A stretch of DNA of 63,564 nt, the filler included, from Choristocarpus tenellus KU-1152 (Eukaryota > Protista > Phaeophyceae), in assembly GCA_964200185.2 (NCBI GenBank). It is 11 parts of 11 records of this genome, joined end to end, with 100 filler letters (N's around TTAATTAATTAA, not from the genome) between each part and the next. Parts side by side here need not be neighbours in the genome. Positions count along the whole stretch, not along the records: positions 59,529 to 63,564 come from CAXNAD020016551.1; 10 more parts are not named here. The stretch is one strand, 5' to 3'. The notes beneath the pieces are model-generated. The model was not told the origin of the DNA and did not search any database. It saw only the letters and a program-made list of their open reading frames with translations. Position 1 is the stretch's first letter. The number at the start of each line of letters is the position of its first letter. Positions 63,424 to 63,564 of the stretch are shown here, one piece after another. The position numbers and the translations under genes are program-made.

Positions 63424-63564
63424 AAAGTATCTGGGGGGGGGAGGGGGCTGTCGGCGTCCGTTTTTCACCCTTTTTTCGATTTTCACTTTTTTGGTGTGAT
63501 TTGGTTGCATGCGTCGGATTTGAAATGTCAGCAAAAAAAAAAGTTGTTTGACCGAAACGGACGC
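63424..63564 (-). mobile_element. Divergent MITE family A-like copy at the window end
   Basis: GGGTC|AAAGTATCT-G-run followed by a related interior (TGATTTGGTTGCAT; GTCCGTTT...AAACGGAC). Confidence 0.75.

Overview
This is eukaryotic DNA and not one locus. It is 11 short contigs joined by identical 100-bp artificial spacers (N44-TTAATTAATTAA-N44): 1-7727, 7828-12835, 12936-16196, 16297-19563, 19664-25820, 25921-34899, 35000-45417, 45518-48941, 49042-56078, 56179-59428 and 59529-63564. Short exons in long introns, bipartite plastid-targeting presequences, TTAGGG tracts and the protein families suggest a photosynthetic stramenopile, probably a brown alga or close relative (inference). By manual splicing I reconstruct partial genes for: an uncharacterised plastid/Tat-like protein with an EF-hand and GxGY repeats, head-to-head with PAM68; plastid trigger factor; a P4-ATPase flippase; sphingosine-1-phosphate lyase, divergent from RNA Pol III subunit RPC8 (absent from the ORF track); an S8 subtilase with a pseudogenised copy of its last exon; a DUSP-domain protein; and a RING-like protein. 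There is one intact tRNA-Lys(CUU). Mobile DNA is abundant: two related MITE families sharing AAAGTATCT ends (family A has 14 copies or ends, poly-G subtermini and a palindromic GRNYC flank), a decayed CRE-like RLE LINE with short TSD-flanked 3' copies, an RTE LINE remnant, and Ty3/Gypsy remnants. The most notable signals are the apparently sequence-targeted MITE system, the GxGY-repeat thylakoid candidate paired with PAM68, and a GC-AG intron in each gene of that pair. There is no CRISPR array or prokaryotic system. All family assignments are from motif recognition by eye; no database searches were run.
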